A DNA stretch of 59,370 nt, filler included, from Dugesia japonica (Eukaryota), in NCBI GenBank assembly GCA_001938525.1. It is 6 parts of 6 records of this genome, joined end to end, with 100 filler letters (N's around TTAATTAATTAA, not from the genome) between each part and the next. Parts side by side here need not be neighbours in the genome. Positions count along the whole stretch, not along the records: positions 31,607 to 40,658 come from MQRL01628070.1; positions 40,759 to 50,218 come from MQRL01597667.1; positions 50,319 to 59,370 come from MQRL01556523.1; 3 more parts are not named here. One strand, written 5' to 3'. Positions 38,336 through 50,427 of this stretch are shown one piece after another. Below the pieces are notes generated by a model, which ran no database searches, was not told the origin of the DNA, and worked only from the letters and a program-made list of their open reading frames with translations. The translations under genes and the position numbers were made by a program. Positions within the stretch are counted from its first letter, which is position 1, and each line of letters begins with the position of its first letter.

Positions 38336-38547
38336 CTACATTCCAGTTCCGGGATAGGTCGTTATCCCTCGTCGATGTCCACTCTTAAAGGAATGGGGGA
38401 CATCTCGGCGAAACAGCTCAAATCTGTTTCGTCGAACTGTTCTACTAGCTGTGGAAACAACAAATGCCCGATTAATTGCTTCAATCGGCAGGCCTCTTGC
38501 TGATTCAAGATAACGCGTAGCGTCTTTTCGAGTTCGGATAGCATAGT
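38336..38547 (-). CDS. Unknown Arg-rich protein exon (cassette B1)
   Basis: Phase-1 frame after TTTTTCTAG is open for 69 codons (YAIRTRKDATRYLESARGLP...GTGM*) and spans the GC-rich block. An overlapping 60-aa ATG frame is also open. Confidence 0.5.
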
Positions 38548-39210
38548 CTAGAAAAATTATTAAAACATTATGACAACTCTTATTCTGCCCAAAGACTAAA
38601 AGAGTATATAAATGTCAACAACTAGCAGAAGTGCCAACCGCCACGGCAGCCCAAAAAATAATAATCATGGCATTATCATAGTCGATTATCATGCAGAACA
38701 TTTTTAATATAATCGATTCCCAAAATTGAATCATTGGTCAATAACAAACTTAATTTACGACCGTGACCAGATCAGTCAAACAATTTATTCTTAATAAAAC
38801 TGTCCAGTAATATCAGACATTATTGTGGATTTTAATCTTAATCACTCCCGACCATTGTATCTGATAATGAATTTATCGTAGCACAATTGGAAAAAATAAT
38901 CATCCGGTTAAGAATTCCTGTAATGGAATAACTTCCGCCATAATAGTTATACGATCAACTTTAATAATAGCCATAATGATATTCGTAAAAATTCTGGCCT
39001 ATTAGGAACCAATTCATAAGAAATAATAATAGTAATAATATTTATGATTTTGGTAATAATAGTAAAATAATCATGTTAGTAATAACGACAATGGAAATAG
39101 CTGAGTTAATTTGGCAATTAGTTTTAAAGCTATTAATCCATAAAGATATTGATAAAAATGTGACGGTGTTATTTTGTATGGGAAAAGGAAAATACTGACG
39201 TCTTTATTTC

Positions 39211-39280
39211 TCTTACAAAAATCCATGATTGTCTGCCGAGTAAGCAATTGCTACTCCAGTTTGTCTTTGCTATCTATATA
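39211..39280 (-). promoter_or_regulatory. Putative TATA box, leader exon ATG GAT TTT T and phase-1 donor GTAAGA (cassette B)
   Basis: On the minus strand: TATATAGA at 39280, ATG at 39226-39224 and donor GT at 39216-39215. Confidence 0.5.
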
Positions 39281-40658
39281 ACATGTGTCACAAATATAGC
39301 AACCTAAAATTATTAGTCGAATTTCTCAACTATCTGGTGGCAGACAAAACAAAAGGCACGAACACACTCAGAGATCAACGTGTGTGTCCCCGGTGGTTTA
39401 CGCATTTCATGCCGATTGCTATGCCAAAATATCTATGAGGTGGAAGCAAATAACTATGACATCGATGGACTGTTTTACTATGGATTTACATCAGATATTG
39501 ATTGAATAAAAAACAAAAAAAAATTTATTCAATTTTATGTCAGCACTGTCTTTCTTACAACTATTAACTCGCTCTCAAGATAGTCATTTACATGTTGGAA
39601 TTTGAATACTGCGAAACTCTGACTATGGAGTCGGATTATGGAAATCATTGCAATATCTGCCTAGTTAGTATATTTTATTTGATAAATAAAGATTCTCTTA
39701 TGCTATTTCCATTTTATTTGTCAATTTAACTGTTATTTGGGTGAGAAATGGTTTATAATTAACTTATCAGTGAGTTAACCATTATATCTTTCCTACAAAT
39801 AATTGGAAATTTAGTTAAACAATCAAATGGTAAACTAAATCGACAGCCTATTTCCCCCATAAAGAAATTAATTAAATAAATTCAGCTAATAATATTTTAT
39901 TGTGTTTTTTATAATCACATGAATACGTATTAAATAATATAACCACAAAAATTTACTTTTTCTTTATTAAAAACTGGGGATCGAAGATTCTGCAACAAAA
40001 TTATGGTTAATTGTAAATTTCTTGGCTGCTCACTAATTTCTGGTTTCAACTGCGTACTGAGATGTTGACAAATTATGCTCCTTTTCCTGTTTTAACTAAT
40101 AAATGATTTTTTCGTTTAGAACTTTTACTTTGACGATAGGTTTCCCAACAAGTGATAAGTAATTGATTTTCGAAATTATCCGTATAACCGGTTTTAGTGA
40201 AATTATTAGCAAAATTGTTGTTTTTTGGCTAATTTTTCATGTCCTTTTATAGGGTTTCTCGATGCAACCCGGCTATGTTCTTGTTGGTCGGTTATTTTTA
40301 GTTTAGATTTCTTAATTTTCATTGGCGTTAGTGCCAATTTTCTGAATTTTTTTCCAGAGTTGTGGAACTCTTATTGGCATCTATTTATGAAGTGACATGT
40401 GATTGTCATTTTTTTGTTTTATTTTTATTTTCTTGGTCTTTATTAGTCCAATTTTCACGTTCCTGTGAGGGTCCTCTTGATAATATTAAGGTTTTCAAAT
40501 GGCAAAATTCCATTACTCTAATACGCTTTCCTTTCAGATTTTATTACAACGAGTTTCTCTGATTTTTCTGGGCCAAGATAATCATAAAAAACTAATTTTT
40601 GTCTAATTTCAATTTATTTCTGGTAGAATTAATTAATAATTCTTTCCTCATTAATTAT

Positions 40659-40758
40659 NNNNNNNNNNNNNNNNNNNNNNNNNNNNNNNNNNNNNNNNNN
40701 NNTTAATTAATTAANNNNNNNNNNNNNNNNNNNNNNNNNNNNNNNNNNNNNNNNNNNN
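40659..40758. other. Artificial contig linker
   Basis: 44N-TTAATTAATTAA-44N. Confidence 0.97.
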
Positions 40759-43700
40759 CTCTCAATTTGTTGATCAGGTTGTACTGGTAAGGCTGTTTTC
40801 TGTTTACTTCTTACTGATATTTGTGTGCTCCAGAACTTATAGGAAAGTTAATCTCTTGGTATTCTTTTGATTTGGTTGTAGTTTCTTTGAATTAAAGTGT
40901 TTATATTTTCATCAAGCAAAGTATAAGTCCATTCATTAACTTTCTTTATTACTTTAAATGGTCCAATATATCGCCTTTTTTATCCAAACTTTGTCATCAA
41001 TTTTAATTTCATCTATCCACCGATATTTTTCATATTTAGCTGCTGTAACTTCATTATGTTCTTCAATATTTTTTCTTACATGGTCATGAATATTCATAAT
41101 ATTTTCTTTTAATTGTTCTACATATTGATCAAAATTATTTGTGTTGCTCGTTTCCCTCTTTCCAGCATTCCACATTTCTATTCTAGGTTTCCTTTCAAAT
41201 ACTATTTGATACGGAGTGTACTTAGTCGTTTTTTGTGTTGTTGTTCGTAATTCATATTATATTATTGGTAGCTCCGTACTCCAATCTTGGATTCGCCTGT
41301 CTTATAGTAATGCACTAATCATAGGTTTCGCGGTTCTAAATAATCTTTCTACTAATCCGATTCCTTGAGGGTAATATGGAGATGAAAATATTTTCACAAT
41401 TCCCAATTGCTTGTAATATTTCTGAAATGGACCTGAACTAAAATTACTATCACAATCCGAGTGAATTCGACTAGGTATTCTAAACTTGGATATCAAATGT
41501 ATCCAAAGAGCTTCACATATATCTTCAGTTGTTATTGTTCGTAATGAAATTAAGCATAAACTTTGAAAAATAATCCACAACTCCAAGAATATATTTATAA
41601 CCATATTGCGTTGGTTTAAATGGACATGTAATATATATAGCAATACTTTGAAATGGTTCTTTTTCGGATATATTCTGTAATGGTGCTTTAATTCTTCCGT
41701 TAATATATTTATGTGCATTACACTGTTTACATTTTGATAGTTGTTCTCTTATGTTTTTATCCATACATGGCCAATAATACTCATTTTTGATAACTCCTGT
41801 TGCTTTCTCTACTCCTGGATGACCCAATAACTTATGATATTTCAAACACATATATTGCCAGAAGCTTTTTTCTTGTGATGCAGTACTGTTTCGGATTTTT
41901 GTTAGTGTTTTCGATGCATAGTTTAATACTCGTTCCTCGCCATTTTGTACTTGAGAAAGTACAGCACCAATCGCGTTGTGAGAATCATCTGTATCCAAGA
42001 TATTTCCAATCCTTTGTTGGCAAAGCTAGCACTGGTGATTCTGTCACCCTTTTACGTAGCTTGTAAAATTATTCTTTATTTTCATCTGTCCACTGAGATT
42101 TTTTTTTCTTTAGCATCGAACTGAGAGATTCTGATAAATTCGCATAATTCTTTATGAATTGCCTATAATAATTACAAAACCCTAAAAATGTTTGAAGTTC
42201 TTTTCGACATTGAGGAATCTCTCATTTTTGGATTGCCATGATCTTATCAGGATCTCTTGCGATTCCATTTTTAGTTATTATATGTCCGAGATATTGTATT
42301 TTTTCCTGTAAAAATTTNNNNNNNNNNNNNNNNNNNNNNAGCCCAGCTTCTCTTATTCTTCTTAATATTTGATCTAGTCTTTCATTATGCTTTTCTACAG
42401 TTTTACCGAATATTTAAACATCGTCTAAATATATTACGCACTTTTTCCAATTTACATTTCGCAATACAATATCCATGAGCCGCTGAAATGTCGCTGGTGC
42501 TGAACATAATCCAAATGGCATTCTGGTAAATTCGTATTATCCAAACTTTGTGCTGAATACTGTTTTTTCCTGATCTTTTTTAGCTATTGGCACTTGCTGA
42601 TATTCACTCGAAAGGTCTAGAGTTGAAACATAGTTAGCTCCAGCAATACTGTCAAATATTTCTTCTGATGATGGTATTTGAAATATTGGTCGGTTTGTTT
42701 TAGCATTCAGTGCCCTATAGTCAACACACATATGATTATCACGGTTTTTCTTTTTCACCACTACAATTGGAAAGTTTCATGGAGACGTACTCGGCATTAC
42801 AACACGAACATTTATCGAATCTTTTTGTTGAGGAAAGATAATTAAAAATTTTAGTTAAAAAATTTTAAAATATCGCATATACACAAACAAACACATCTAC
42901 AAAGTAATGGCAATGCAATAACTCCGGCTGCTCAAACCAGACAATTCAAACCGATTCAGAATAAATCAAATACCCAAATCAATCATCAATCTGACTTTTT
43001 ATTTGACTCTATTATTTTGAGCTGACCTAATATTTGATATTATGTACACATGTTAATTTACTTTTATTTTTTTTATTATGTATGTAAAAATTTTATTTTT
43101 TATTTTTATTTTTATGAATATGTACAAATCTGGTATTTATTTAATTCTATTTTTACAAATATTACGTAGATGTGAAATCATATTGTAATTATAACGGAAT
43201 AAACAATTCTGAAATTCTGAAAAATTTATATAAAGTTTTGAAAATTCTATTTATAATAATATAAATAATTCTATAAATCCTGCAATTTTTATAAATATCT
43301 AATGAATATAATGTATTATTTAAATAAATATTTATGGTTACTGTTAAATTGCATGTGTATTTCTCTAGTATAAATAGAGAGCCCAATTTCATTTTGACCA
43401 CCCTTTTGTAAAAGCGAAAAACGTTTAAATCTTTTGAGATTTACAACGAAAAGCTTAAAAATATTAACCCGTGTGTACAATATTGTGTTATATCAATTAA
43501 AATTTTTTAAAGTAAATTTTGTTGAATTTTAATAGGAAAGACTATATAGCATATTTATATTGATATCATTGTATCTATAATAATTATATTAAGGTGTATA
43601 AAATTGTTTATTGATGATAATACATTGGGATTGTCTTCTACTAAAATCTTATCAAACTCACGCAAAGTTGATTTATCTTGGGCAAATCCCCCAAGGTATC

Positions 43701-44640
43701 CCAAAATTTTACCATATGTTCTACTTCTTCTTTGAGTCCTTTTGGTATTCTTTGTGGCTTGAAAGCAATTGCTCTGCTACCTTTTGTTTCTATTTTATGT
43801 TCAATAATATCAGTTTTACCCACATCCATCTTATATCGACTAAATACATCTTTATTCCTTTCAAGGGTTGCTAATGTTTTGACTACATCGTAGTAATTCT
43901 TTGTAACTTCCATATGATTTTTAATTTTCTACAGTATATTGTCTGTTATTTCTTTCTCTGTTCTTTTTTTCAGAGGACAATAGTCTAAGTGATATTTTTT
44001 CAAACACTTCTTCATTTTGATTAAACTCTTATACATATCTGAGTGAAGTTCCGGTGTGTAAAGTTTTACATCTGCCTTCTACATATATATTATTACCCAC
44101 ATGTATCCATTATTATTGATTGTAATTCCATCTGTTACTAAAAGTTTACCTCACGGCCATTTTCTCTTTATTTTCAGTGAAAATCCATTTTTACTCGTGT
44201 CATAAGTAATTTTCTGATCTGAGTTGTCCATTATCATGCCTCTGATAAAATATTCACCAATTCNACTTACATCTACGTTTTCAGATACCGCAATTCTATA
44301 ACATTGATTATCATTATAAATCTCACGAGTCTCTGTTTTTCCGAATCTTGTAATACAACTCATTAACTCGATCGGTGTTAGTTTTTTATTGACTCAGGTA
44401 GAACTGTTTTTGAAATAAATGGAATCTTAACATTCTGAAACATTTTTAGATATTGCAATCTCTAGCTATATGACCTTTTTTATCACATGTAAACCATGTT
44501 CTTGTTTCTTGTCTACCTACAGTTATTCATTTTTGGTTTTTTTCAGAACTTTGAGTATTATTATTCCTATTTTTATTAAACACATTTGGTGCACGAGATT
44601 TGTAATTGTGTCTCTTTAGTTCGGCAATTTCATTCTTTAG
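40759..44640 (-). mobile_element. Gypsy/Ty3 retrotransposon, decayed gag-pol, with a ~0.9-kb insertion in RT
   Basis: Gag knuckle (W)FTCDKKGHIARDC at ~44455-44500; VGKTDIIEHKI; [29 protein letters not shown] and YLDDV (RT); DDSHNAIGAVLSQ (RNase H); GHPG..YYWP..CKQC, IHSD and YYPQGIGLVER (integrase). Confidence 0.95.
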
Positions 44641-44669
44641 CTTTTTTTCGATTTCAATTTTCAAATTAG

Positions 44670-45170
44670 GTGGGATAAGCTATCACCTGGAATTCAATTT
44701 TCAATTGATTCAACACAACAAAAGGCAACTGGAGTATCACCGTTTGAAATAATTTATGAAAAGAAATTATGATTAATGGACCATTACTAAATGACAATAC
44801 AAGTAGTGGAGAAGTTAGAGAATTAGTTGATAAAAATTTGAAAAATGCGGCACTGAAATTAAATGAATATGAATTAGATAAAAGAGTACACCGGAATTTT
44901 GTTGAAGGGGAAGAAGTTCCAGTGAAGATAGAACTTCACAATGTAAAGAAAAATGGATACAGATATGAAGGTCCTTTAGAAATATTAAAATTTCTAAGCC
45001 CACATCAAGTGCTTTTAAATTATTTTGGAATCCCTAAACCACAAAGGATCGAGTGGTTAAAAAAATAGATGTTCAAAACGATTAAGAAGGAGGGATGTTA
45101 GATATAATATTTAAACATTTGTTAAAATATTATTGATTTATTTAATTTTAATAAACTTTAAAAATGTCTA
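44670..45170 (+). mobile_element. Second Gypsy fragment: integrase C-terminus, polypurine tract and LTR start
   Basis: ATGVSPFEIIY and RYEGPLEI (GPY/F motif); AAGAAGGAGGGA followed by TGTTAG at 45096. Confidence 0.8.
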
Positions 45171-46423
45171 CTTTGGAATTACAAAATCTAACTGCTATAA
45201 TTAAAATAAAAATTTTAATTCATTTGAAATTTTCACTCAAACTTTTTATCGGTTGAACTAATCTCATTTACTTAATTTGACATTTTTATTTTCATTTTGG
45301 GGTTTGGCGGTTTGCCTTTTTTTGTTCTATTCATCTGAACCAATTAAGGGTTGTCAGAATTTGAATATCATTGTCCAATTTAATGACTTTTGCTTTCTTA
45401 TCATAATCCATGCCAATCGTCCTCTAAACAAAAATATATTAATACTTTCATTGTTTTCATTTTTCCTCTTGGCGAGTGTCATGGGTAATATTTTATTATT
45501 TTATATTTAAATTATTTTATACTGTGATTATGTTTTTATATTATTAATATGTTCCATTTTAAATTTCCAATAATATTTCCTATTATTAATTCTAATTTCT
45601 ACAATTTGTATATGCTACTTTGATTACTTTTAATGATTTAATTTTATCATTTTATTCTCATAATTTATTCCCAAGATTTTAACTAATTTCAAATTTTATA
45701 TTTTATTGCCAATTTATTACTACAATATTATTAATACAACAATTTCCAAAATCCACAATTATATTGAAGAAATTTGTCTCATCTTCCTTTTATCATATCT
45801 GAAAGGATTTCTTTTGGATAACAAATCTTGGGCTGAATTCTAATAGGATTAACACACCTTTTAAAATCAACAAGGATACAATGTATAATAATTTGTTGGG
45901 TGTGGGCCATAAGATCTTACAAATATTATAGGACTTATCCGAATTCAATTACTATTGATATGGTAATTGAATATTAATTAAATAATTTGTACCATATTTA
46001 TTAATTATCAACCAACCACCCCAACACAACTATAGCATGTTGAAGGTTTATTACAATCGATTTACCGAAATTTTATTTATTAATTGTCTCATAGATAAAA
46101 TTCATTAATTACATTAAGTCGATTAGTTAAATTCAAAACCTCACAACTCTCCATAAGTTTTTATATATTATCACAAGTGTTTAATTACAGTTTAAAAAAG
46201 ATTAAGAATATTCTATGGTATTTAAACAAATAATCTGAGAAATTTAAATTTAATTTTCAATTCATTAAAATAAAATACTTCAAATATATCGATTTCCTAT
46301 TTGAAAATATATATATATATTAATCATTTTTCAAAATAATTTCTTTAAATAATTTTATACTTTTACAATTTTACCTAATATAATATATAGCAATTATTTT
46401 ATTTAATTTGTATTTTTAAAATG

Positions 46424-46752
46424 TCCGATAACGAACGAGACTCTAACTTGCTAAATAGTGTATTTATTTTAACTCGTAAATAATCACTTCTTAGAAGNNN
46501 NNNNNNNNNNNNNNNNNNNNNNNNNNNNNNNNNNNNNNNNNNNNNNNNNNNNNNNNNNNNNNNNNNNNNNNNNNNNNNNNNNNNNNNNNNNNNNNNNNNN
46601 NNNNNNNNNNNAATCTTGTGAAACACTGTCGTAACAGGGATTGTGAATTGTAATTATTTCACATGAACGAGGAATTCCTAGTAAGGGCAAGTCACTAGCT
46701 TGCGCTGAATACGTCCCTGCCCTTTGTACACATCGCCCGTCGCTACTACCGA
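46424..46752 (+). pseudogene. 18S rRNA gene fragment (3' region), dispersed copy
   Basis: Universal 18S motifs TCCGATAACGAACGAGACTCT, AACGAGGAATTCCTAGTAAG and ACGTCCCTGCCCTTTGTACACA(T)CGCCCGTCGCTACTACCGA. Flanks are non-rDNA. Confidence 0.93.
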
Positions 46753-46906
46753 ACAGATAAAATGTTTGATTAATTTTGGAGTTTTAGTTGTTGACTTATT
46801 AGTTAGGTATATTCTTGGTTAGGTATATATATACCTAACTAAGAATATACCTAACTAATAAGTCAACAACTAAAACTCCAAAATTAATCAAACATTTTAT
46901 CTGTTC
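46751..46906. repeat. 156-bp palindrome without spacer
   Basis: 78-bp arms centred on 46828/46829, with one mismatch (46817 G / 46840 T). Confidence 0.95.
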
Positions 46907-47619
46907 AATTAAATCATATTAATAATTATTTTTTTAGCCAAACTTAGTTGTTTCATAAAACAAAAGTATACCTCAAAATCAATAATCCATACCTTTTTCC
47001 AAATTTAAATAATTGTTTTCTATATGTCTAAGAAGTTACATTTACTCATAACTAAAATTTTCATTCAATGCAAGCTTTCTTGACCCATTTTATAGTGGCG
47101 TGCGATAAACACTGATACAATTTTGAGCGATTACTACCAAATTTGTTTAGTTGAGACGATTATCTTAAAATGTACTTCAAGCCAAAGATCTTGTACGGAA
47201 GGAACAAGGAAAGTTAGTTTCCTATAAGGTTGAAAAGTATCTCCTGAACACTTATTCTAAAAAACCCGATATATTCCAGTCTCGTCTAAAAATGTCTTTC
47301 GATATAAATTGAGATGTACTTATATAATTTCAAAACCTCTCAAATATATCGAATTGGACTTCAAGAATGTAGAATACCTACTGGAAAGACTATTTTTGAA
47401 TGAAGAACTCATAAAAGATAAGAGAACAGTAAATTGGAAAGCATAGTGGATACAAATAACACTAAGAGACCAAATTAACGTTGTTAGGAGTTATGAATAA
47501 TTTTCTAAAAACTGAATGAAAATATTTTTTTAGAAAGGTAAAATTTCACAATGTAATAAATATTTATTATTAAATACATCACTACATCATTGGGCCCAAA
47601 TCAATAATATGCCTGTTTT

Positions 47620-50218
47620 TTATACAGGTACATATCGTCTAATATAAAAAGGATTAATATTTTGTAAAATATGATAATACTGGTTATCACAGTGAGTTAA
47701 AATTGGCATATGAGGAATACACAAAGCTATGATTAAGAGAGCCAAAAGCAAAGCTAAAAGCAACAATTTCCAAAATCCACAATGACATAGAGATTTTATT
47801 TCCTCAGTTGATTTAGCTTCTTNGTTTTGAAATTGTGAAACAGGAGTTGAAACCTTTAAATTATTCAATTCTTCATCTTTACCAATAGGTTTATTGTCTA
47901 AATATTCTGTATTTGATTGACCAAATAAATCCGATTTATGATTGCCAATATCGAAAGATCTCGAAATTCGAGTTTTCAAATATGANNNNNNNNNNNNNNN
48001 NNNNNNNNNNNNNNNNNNNNNNNNNNNNNNNNNNNNNNNNNNNNNNNNNNNNNNNNNNNNNNNNNNNNNNNNNNNNNNNNNNNNNNNNNNNNNNNNNNTA
48101 TTCGTAATGGGTATTTGAGAAATGGATTTAGTTTCTAAGACATTCCCGGTATTCATCAATTGCGAATTATTTTCGCATTTTGTATTTAATTTCTCATTGC
48201 TTTTTACTATTAAATTATCGGAACAAGAATCTTCAGAATAATTACTTTTCTGATTAATTTTGCACTCTTCATAGTTTTCATTTTTATTATTTTCCTTCTC
48301 GAAATTATTTTCATCAAAATTGGTAGTATTTAATAATGAATCAAATACCCCCAATATATAACTTTCATTATCCAACTCAGTTAAACGATTAGATTTTTCT
48401 TCATTTTCTTGGAATTTATTTAGACCTTTACTTACTTCATCTTCATTTTGACTCTCCTCAAAATTAGACAACAAATTTGAGGAGCATTCATCATAGTTTG
48501 ATAATTCAGTTTTGCTCCTAGTTTCATCTTTGATACTTTTACTACAACTTGAATTTTGTGATTTTATTGAGTCAACTTTGAATGTATTACACGGTAGGCT
48601 TTCTAATTTTTCATTTGAATCTGATATTTCTGTTTGAATATTTATTGATTGATTTTCATCTTGTAAACCAAACTTAATTGAATGCTCATTTTCATGTTTA
48701 ATTTCGGAAACATTTCTATGAAATCCGTTTTCAATTTGTTCATTATCGAAATTAGAACATTGATTTTCTGACGAATTTTCAATTAGGGAATTATTTCTTT
48801 CAACAGATTCCGGTTTATTTTCAACTTCATTATCTACATAATTATCGGATTTTAGGTTTTTATTTAAAATTATTTTATTCTCTTTCTGATTGAACTGATT
48901 TTCGAATGGATTATTGGAATATTCAGCATCGATTTGACAAACTGGGCTGGGTAGATTAGAAAATGAAGTATCATTCTGATCTTCTCTAGATAAATCTAAT
49001 TGACTTGAACTTTCAAAATCGAAATCACTGTTATGAANNNNNNNNNNNNNNNNNNNNNNNNNNNNNNNNNNNNNNNNNNNNNNNNNNNNNNNNNNNNNNN
49101 NNNNNNNNNNNNNNNNNNNNNNNNNNNNNNNNNNNNNNNNNNNNNNNNNNNNNNNNNNGTTTCTCTCTGGATTTTCTAAATGAATCTCAATATTAGGTTT
49201 TTCTTTATTTATCAGACTGTTTCCATGATTCATTGATTGTTTATTTTCGTTTTGATTAATCAAAAGCTCAGTACAATCTTCATTAATTTCAAGATTTAAA
49301 TTCGTATTTGGTTTGGAGTTTATATCTTCAACACACAAATTTATTGATTCATTATCATTCAAATTAGAATTTTCAACTTTTAAACTATTTCCGTCATTAT
49401 CACCGGATATGGCTCTATGAATATCGTTATCTTTTTCAGTTAAATCTTTCATTGTTTGAGATTTATTATCAGATAAATCTTTGTCCATTATTAAAATATC
49501 ACCAATCGATTCATTTTCATTATTCAAATCTATTTTCATCGAATTATTATTTGAAAGAGTTTCAGATATGGAATTATTAATTAAATTGTTCTGCTGTTCA
49601 ATNNNNNNNNNNNNNNNNNNNNNNNNNNNNNNNNNNNNNNNNNNNNNNNNNNNNNNNNNNNNNNNNNNNNNNNNNNNNNNNNNNNNNNNAGAAATATTGA
49701 TTAGATCTTTGGAACTATTTATTGAGATTTTATTTTTTTCTAACGATAAGATTTCGTTATCAATTTTTGAATTTTCTTTTAAAACGTTATCTAAATTGAT
49801 CTTATCTGCCTCACTATGTTTTGAATTGATGTCATCATTTACAATTAATTTGTTTTCTGTTTCTGAACTCAATAAACAAGTTGAACGAGATGTATTTACT
49901 GGCAAAGATGTTTTTGTTTTTTCATTATTTAAGTTTGAATTTAACTGTTCAGAAATGTCTGAATGAATACCTGAAAATACGGTTTCATTTTCCTCGATCG
50001 AATTCTGAAAATTATTTAATGAATCACAATTCTGTTTTATTGATTTCCAATCTTCAACAGATTGTTTCAGATTATTATTATCTTGATTTTCTTGTGAGAA
50101 AGGTACTGTTTTATTTTCTTCGATCTCTTTGTTTAATTTATCATTGAAAATTTCCTGATTATTTTCCACTAATACATTCTGATTTATTAGTGCAGTACTT
50201 TCTGGAAGAATATTTAGA
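47620..50218 (-). CDS. Large N/S/E-rich low-complexity protein with C-terminal TM helix and KASH-like tail (5' truncated by contig end)
   Basis: Frame is open to the contig edge (>849 aa, across N gaps) and ends LLLLALLLALLIIALCIP...HCDNQYYHILQNINPFYIRRYVPV*. Confidence 0.75.
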
Positions 50219-50318
50219 NNNNNNNNNNNNNNNNNNNNNNNNNNNNNNNNNNNNNNNNNNNNTTAATTAATTAANNNNNNNNNNNNNNNNNNNNNNNNNN
50301 NNNNNNNNNNNNNNNNNN
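50219..50318. other. Artificial contig linker
   Basis: 44N-TTAATTAATTAA-44N. Confidence 0.97.
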
Positions 50319-50427
50319 TTCATTGAATTATGAATCTTTTGTTAAAATCTGCATTATTTATGTTTAATTTGTTGTCTTATACAGTTAGTTCCTACGAAAA
50401 GTAAACCATAGGTTTATAGTAGATGTA

